The position numbers and the translations under genes were made by a program. 64,000 nucleotides of DNA from Podarcis liolepis (taxonomy: Eukaryota): NCBI GenBank assembly GCA_965112155.1, contig OZ218099.1; one strand, given 5' to 3'. Below are positions 58,446 through 64,000 of this stretch, piece by piece; the first letter of the stretch is position 1, and each line of letters starts with the position of its first letter. The notes beneath the pieces were generated by a model. It searched no databases. It was not told the origin of the DNA and saw only the letters and a program-made list of their open reading frames with translations.

Positions 58446-60386
58446 GTTTTTATATAATCTTCTGTATTCTGATCATGCTTCCTGAAGTTCGGCACATCTC
58501 TCTGTATTGTCAAGTTAAGCCGCTCAATACTACAGAAAAATCTGTCCAGAAACTTACAATAGAGTATAGTCTTGTGCTTCATTTTGCCTGTCAAATGTGT
58601 CTTAAAAAACCCCAACAACCTTACAGATCAATCAATACAGGCACAGGGGAGCTGGTGGGGAAGCTCAAAGACACACAAGAAATGAGAAGCTTTCAGCTGA
58701 GATGGTGAGCTGATAAGAGAAATATCCAAGAAATCTGTTTCAGACCTTAAGACAACACAGGCAAGCAGAAGCAGTAAAATAATTATTTGAGACATAATTG
58801 TGTAACCTGAATTGTGCAACCAGTTTGTGACTGCAACTATTTCAGGGTGGAATTCAAACTAGAAGTGCTTAGAGAAGCTGGGACTGCAGAAAAAAGCCTC
58901 AACAGAGGAGAGAGTATAAATTGTCTTTCCTGCCCTCTCCATGGCTGCTACCATCACAGACAGCTATTGAATCTGGGTGGGGGAGGGAAGACTAAAACCC
59001 CTCAGAGGAGAAAAGGGCACGGTTAAATAGAAATGACTGTGAAGGGGTAAAACTAGCTTGGTAAGACAGGACAAGGGCCAGACTGGTAAAAGCAAAATGA
59101 AGAAGGCAGAATTGTCTTTTTTGAGTGTGGTAGGGGATTGAGCTGTGTTTCGGCCATTGCCTTTTGTCCCAGAAGCCCTGCTCCCCTCCTTCTATTAATT
59201 GTAAGGATATGGGGCCAGCCAAACTGGTGCAGTTGTCCAGTCAGGGGTGATGGAACACCACTCTGTGCATGCCGGAGACAGCTTCCTTTCTTAGTGTATC
59301 ACCTTCTAGGATTCAGGCACGACACAAATTAAGCTTGAGGAGTGTGAAATTGGCAAGGGGGAGCACAAACCATGAGCTCCCTATAGTGTGAAGAAAGTGG
59401 GAAGTTTTTAAGGGTGAAGGCTGGCTCAAAAACAAGATAATGCTGGAGAAACATTGAATGGGCCTGTTCTTCACAACAAGTAATAAAATGGTGGTAATAT
59501 TGGAACTTCCCTGCCTCCTAGTGGAGAAGGGGCAGTGTTCATAAGTCATTCATCGTAAAGGAGAAGGATGCAGAAGTGAAATATTGAATCATAGCTCCAG
59601 AATGGAAAACAGATGATTTTAATAGGCAATTGTGTTTAATTAATTAATTTAAGGGTGTCTCATTAGATGACATCATCAGCCTCTTTATTAGCCCATTATT
59701 ATCCAGCTCTACCTGTTAGTACATTTGCCAACATTTTGATCAAAACCCCATTGCTTCTTAGGGAAACTACAATTCGATTTACAAGATAAATAAAATGTGT
59801 AATTGATTCAAGGTGCACCAATATCCAGGCAAATTGCATAAACCGAGACAAACCAGATGTAAATATATGGTCTATTTTAACACTTAAATGCCAGGACTGA
59901 TTTAATAATACTCCCACCACCCAAAAAAGTCTCAAGCTATATTTTGCTATCTGCTGGGTTGCACCACTTGATGGCTCACTCTGAAAATATGATGGATACT
60001 TTGCTTTCTAGCTCTTGACCAATCTGTGCACACTGGCTGACGCCATAAGGCAGGGATGTCCAACTTCCAAGAGACTGCGATCTACTCCCACTATAAAAAC
60101 ACTGCCAGTGATCTACCCATTGGATTGACCAAATTTGTTGAGCTTTTTTTGTGGGCGTGGGGATCCACACAATTGACTGGAATCGATAGTGGATGTTCAG
60201 TCCAAAACGTCTGGAGGGCAGCAGGTTGGGAAAGGCTGGGTCATAGTCTTGGATGAGGAGTGGAAAGACTATGAGTTGTATCCAGTGACATCATCGCATC
60301 CCATAATCCCCTCCCTCTCTTCCACATGCACATCCCATAACCCCAAATCTGCTCAGGGTTTCCCTCCAATCCACCAGAGAAGTTAC

Positions 60387-60387
<1 letters not shown>

Positions 60388-60441
<54 letters not shown>
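60388..60441. repeat. (CT)n(GT)n microsatellite
   Basis: Seen directly. Confidence 0.95.
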
Positions 60442-60657
60442 CAGACTGAACACGGAGAGAACATGGAGAGAAGAGGGAGGGGAAGCTTAATTGCATGAGT
60501 GGGCATTATTCCACTCATGCACTGACTTCATTGGATTCAACTCGGTGAGCTTCGTCCATAGGTCAGTCATTGTCTCTTAGCTTTGCCTACCTCACAGGGT
60601 TTTTTGAGCCTCAAATGGTAGGAAAGGGCCATGTTTCCTGCTCCAAGCTCCCTAGGG

Positions 60658-60795
60658 CAGCCTTTCTCAACCTGTGGGTCCCCAGATGTTGTTGAACTAC
60701 AACTCCCATCACCCCTAGCTAGCAAGGCCAGAGTTCAGGGATGATGGGAGTTGCAGTCCAACAACATCTGGGGACCCGCAGGTTGAGAACTGCTG
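60658..60795. mobile_element. Short palindromic hAT-like MITE
   Basis: ttctcaacctgtgggtccccagatgttgttgaactacaactcccatc / gatgggagttgcagtccaacaacatctggggacccgcaggttgagaa. Confidence 0.8.
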
Positions 60796-61339
60796 CGAGG
60801 GATATAAGACTTCTTGTCGTTGTTGATAAAATATGTGATTTGGCAGGCAGCCCTGCTAAACGCAGAAAGAAGCCGGTGATGTGGCTTCCTGACTGTGGCA
60901 GACGCACACCATAAGTTCACCTCACAGCACACTTTTGGCTGGCATGTGAACTTTTAGTTCAAGTGCCCTCAGCTGTTCTTCATTTGTCTTCTTAAAAACC
61001 ATTATTCTTATGAATTGCTTTGATCGTGGAGTGGCAGTTATTTAAATATTTATGGCCATTTTGCTCCAGTACTGAGCAGAAAACACTAGAGGGCAGTTTA
61101 ATATATGGACAGAAGCCAGTCAGCTGAATGTTTATCTGTGTTAGAAAAATATAAATGTTCTTTTAAGGGTTTTAAACAATTGGAGGCATTGGCACCCCAG
61201 AATCATTTCTCTGGCATCAACTGTAGCCTTCAAATGGAAACAAGCAATTGATTGTTTTCTGAAGCTCATTTGAGAGCTAGTATTTTTCAGAAGACAGTGC
61301 TGAGTGGCACAGCCTCAGATTCTCTTAGGCCTTGAAAGA

Positions 61340-61384
<45 letters not shown>

Positions 61385-61392
61385 AATAATAT
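61340..61392. repeat. (ATT)n microsatellite heading an old retroposon tail
   Basis: Seen directly. Confidence 0.9.
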
Positions 61393-62486
61393 ATTGAACT
61401 TATTATCCCACTCTTCCTCCCAAAGGAGTTTAGGGCAACATACACACCCACAATTAAAAACCCCCCACAAAACCTAAAACAGTTAAATCATTTAATAAAT
61501 AGTTACAGTTAAACACATGATTATATCCAATGATTTCAGAGTTGCCAGGAATAGTATTCTTCAGCCACCAGGCAATATTTAGGTCTATTGGCTGTGCGTG
61601 CATGGCCATCATGTGTGTGTGGTAATCTTTATGTATAGATACAAGTTCAGAAGTAATTATTATTTAAATAGAAATACAAGACATCTCATCCTAGAGGGGA
61701 AGAGTGCACCCAATGTGGCTGCTCAGTCTGCTGAATGTAGATAGTGTCCTGAGTCAGCTTTCGTTGACCCTGTTTATTTCTGTGAGTACAAAAGTGTCAG
61801 ACCTGACTTTTTCTTAGGAGTCAGTGCAGATGGTTCTTTGAGTAAGGCAAAGGGTAGCAAACAAAGACCAGGAAGATGAATTCCCTTGTTACGCAAGAGA
61901 GTTAACTTAAAGCAGAAGCTTTTATAGAAGCTGGGCACTATCATCTGGCCAGGCCTGCTGTATCATGTTGCTGTTCAAGAGGCTTGTTTGGCTCTTTGTT
62001 GTCCTTCTTTGGCCAAAGTTGGGTAGTGGTATACAGGCTGGATCCTGATTTAATCTGTCTCAGGCTCCATGTTCAGGACCTGCTCCCTATGGAGCCTGGT
62101 AGCCTTGGGACTGGTAGGGCAAAGGCAGGGAGGCCAACCAGAGCCAACTAATTCTGATTTTGTCCCCATCCTCCTATTGGCTGAACTCTACAAAGGCTAA
62201 GGTGGGCGCTGACAGACAAGTTGTAAGGAAGGAGGCGGGTGGGAGCTGGCTGAGGATGGATTGTGCTTGGCGGAGGGATGCCTCATTTGCCCTAATGGAC
62301 CAGCTTTCACTGCCTCCTCCAGACTTGATATGGGTTGCAACCTGGATAAACCCTTTGAATTCACTTGCCACAATGAATTCGCTTGCCGCAGTGGTAGATG
62401 CTCACATCTTAAGCCCTGTGTGACCTCCCCGCATGCATACTGATGGGCGTTATAGAAACATGTGTGCTTTAGAAGGCAGAGAAATG

Positions 62487-62512
62487 GTGTGTGTGTGTGT
62501 GTGTGTGTGTGT
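62487..62512. repeat. (GT)n microsatellite
   Basis: Seen directly. Confidence 0.95.
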
Positions 62513-62734
62513 CAGTGTCAGTATTTCTAATAAGAAATGAGACAGGAGGTGTGGTAGTGTAAATATTTCTCACTCCATGTTGTGAACCTGCAATCCTACA
62601 CAGTGCCACTAGCATATAATGACTGGGCTTACTGATCATCCTGTTTTAAATATTTCTCTATCAAAAGCAACAAAGAACAATTGTTTTTCTAATGCTAAAG
62701 AAAATGAGGAAAGGAGTCATGGGTATGATTTTCA

Positions 62735-62895
62735 AGTTCATCTAGTCCAGCTTCCTCTTCTCACAATGGCCAGTCAGATCCCCAATGGGAAGCCTGCAAG
62801 CAGAACCCAAGTAGGAGAGCACTCATCCCACTTGTGATTCCCAGCGACTGGTATATTCAGACTAGGTATACTGCCTCCAACCCCGGAGGTAGAAA
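62735..62895 (-). mobile_element. Old CR1 3'-end fragment
   Basis: catctagtccagc...ttctcacaatggcca...gggaagcctgcaagcag...tactgcctccaaccccggaggtagaa. Confidence 0.5.
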
Positions 62896-64000
62896 AGGAA
62901 GGATGGCATTAAACTTCTGTCTAATTGTTGGAAGGCTTTATCTCTTTAATATAGTGTATAAACCTTTATGCAAAAATCCTGAGCTAGAATGCTGAACCTT
63001 AACAGATACTGTGCAATCTGTGTTTACTGCTTTGAGCAAATAACTGTATCAGATCCTGCAAAACAACTGTCGGTCTGGATGCACCCTCAGGGCCTATTTC
63101 ATCTGATTAAGGATTCCAAGAGAGAACACAACTCTTTTGTGAAATCATTAAAGCACTGATGTTTTATGAAGTCTTCCCATCTGATTGAAGCACAAGGGAA
63201 CTTGCACTAGTGGATATTATTGGCTGTAAATTAAGGGACAGTGACAGACCCAGAGACAGGAATGAAAATGGTTGGAAAAGTGCCAGGTTTGAAAGCTGAG
63301 CTTAGATGTGAAACTCTTTTGCGGTATCGGTTCATTCTGCCTAGAGGAAGAAGGCAGTGCGGGAATCTCATCTTTGAAAACAGACATTGGTGTTTGTGTG
63401 TTTCCTCCTAAGTGCAATCTCTATGTTCCCATTTGTCTGGAGGCAGGAAAGAACAGTTCCAGGGGAAGTGGTTGCTCTGCAGCAGATGCTGTTGGGCTTT
63501 CAACTTCCTTCAGCCCCAGCCAACTTGGCCAATTGTCGGGCTAGAGGGGGAGTCCAGCAGCATCTGGCAGCTCCAAGGTTTCCCCATGCTTGCTGTCCAT
63601 CATTCTGTTCTTTCCATAATGGAGTGAGTTGGATGATAGAAACTGATAGCTCTTGACTCTGAGTTTTTATTGAACAATTCATGCATAAATAAAGGCTTGG
63701 CAGCATAATTACTCCGCATCACACAGCCAGTGCCTAATATACTTTTATGTTTAATCACAGTAGGTTTTCGTTCAGTGGCTATTGTTTTAAAATACATACC
63801 CAGTGCTTTATGGAATGTTGTTGTTGTTTTGCAATAAGGATTTAATCACTTCAATTTCCAATCTACAATGTTTTCAAAATACTCAGTAAAACTACTGTAT
63901 AGTTGACATATGATGTTGTGGAATAACCTCTTAGAAATAAAAGCCATCTTAACAGATGTTGGATAATGGTAATTCACTCTTTTGTGATACACATCCAAAA

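Overview
Vertebrate genomic DNA, very probably from a lacertid lizard: it carries a Sauria SINE, BovB, CR1, L2, L1, Penelope and many TA-target and hAT MITEs. Two genes lie head to head. (1) On the minus strand, from ATG 32257 to beyond the left edge, I assembled 17 GT-AG exons with consistent phases and no internal stops (2502 nt, 834 codons). They encode a signal peptide followed by a three-domain unit of C-type lectin domain (3 exons), a ~70-aa two-Cys PAN/apple-like module (1 exon) and an 8-Cys EGF-like module (1 exon of 144 nt). The unit is repeated three times and a fourth copy begins. I do not recognise this architecture among the named vertebrate C-type lectin groups, and it is the main candidate for an undescribed system. 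(2) On the plus strand are alternative first coding exons of PPP2R2B (PP2A B55-beta): the MIPG...WCFSQVKG exon pair at 39644-39883 and the mitochondrial-targeting Bbeta2 exon at 47917-47995, which is preceded by a uORF cluster. Between the two genes, a ~4.5-kb GC-rich block splits a CR1 copy and carries decayed MROH-like exons and telomere-like repeats. Other notable elements are a cargo-carrying hAT inside a solo LTR, a 119-bp hairpin array inside nested MITEs, a Gmr1-type Gypsy deletion derivative, a 2.2-kb single-ORF L1-like element with a 16-bp TSD, and a Penelope-derived hairpin. All calls were made by eye; no database searches were run.
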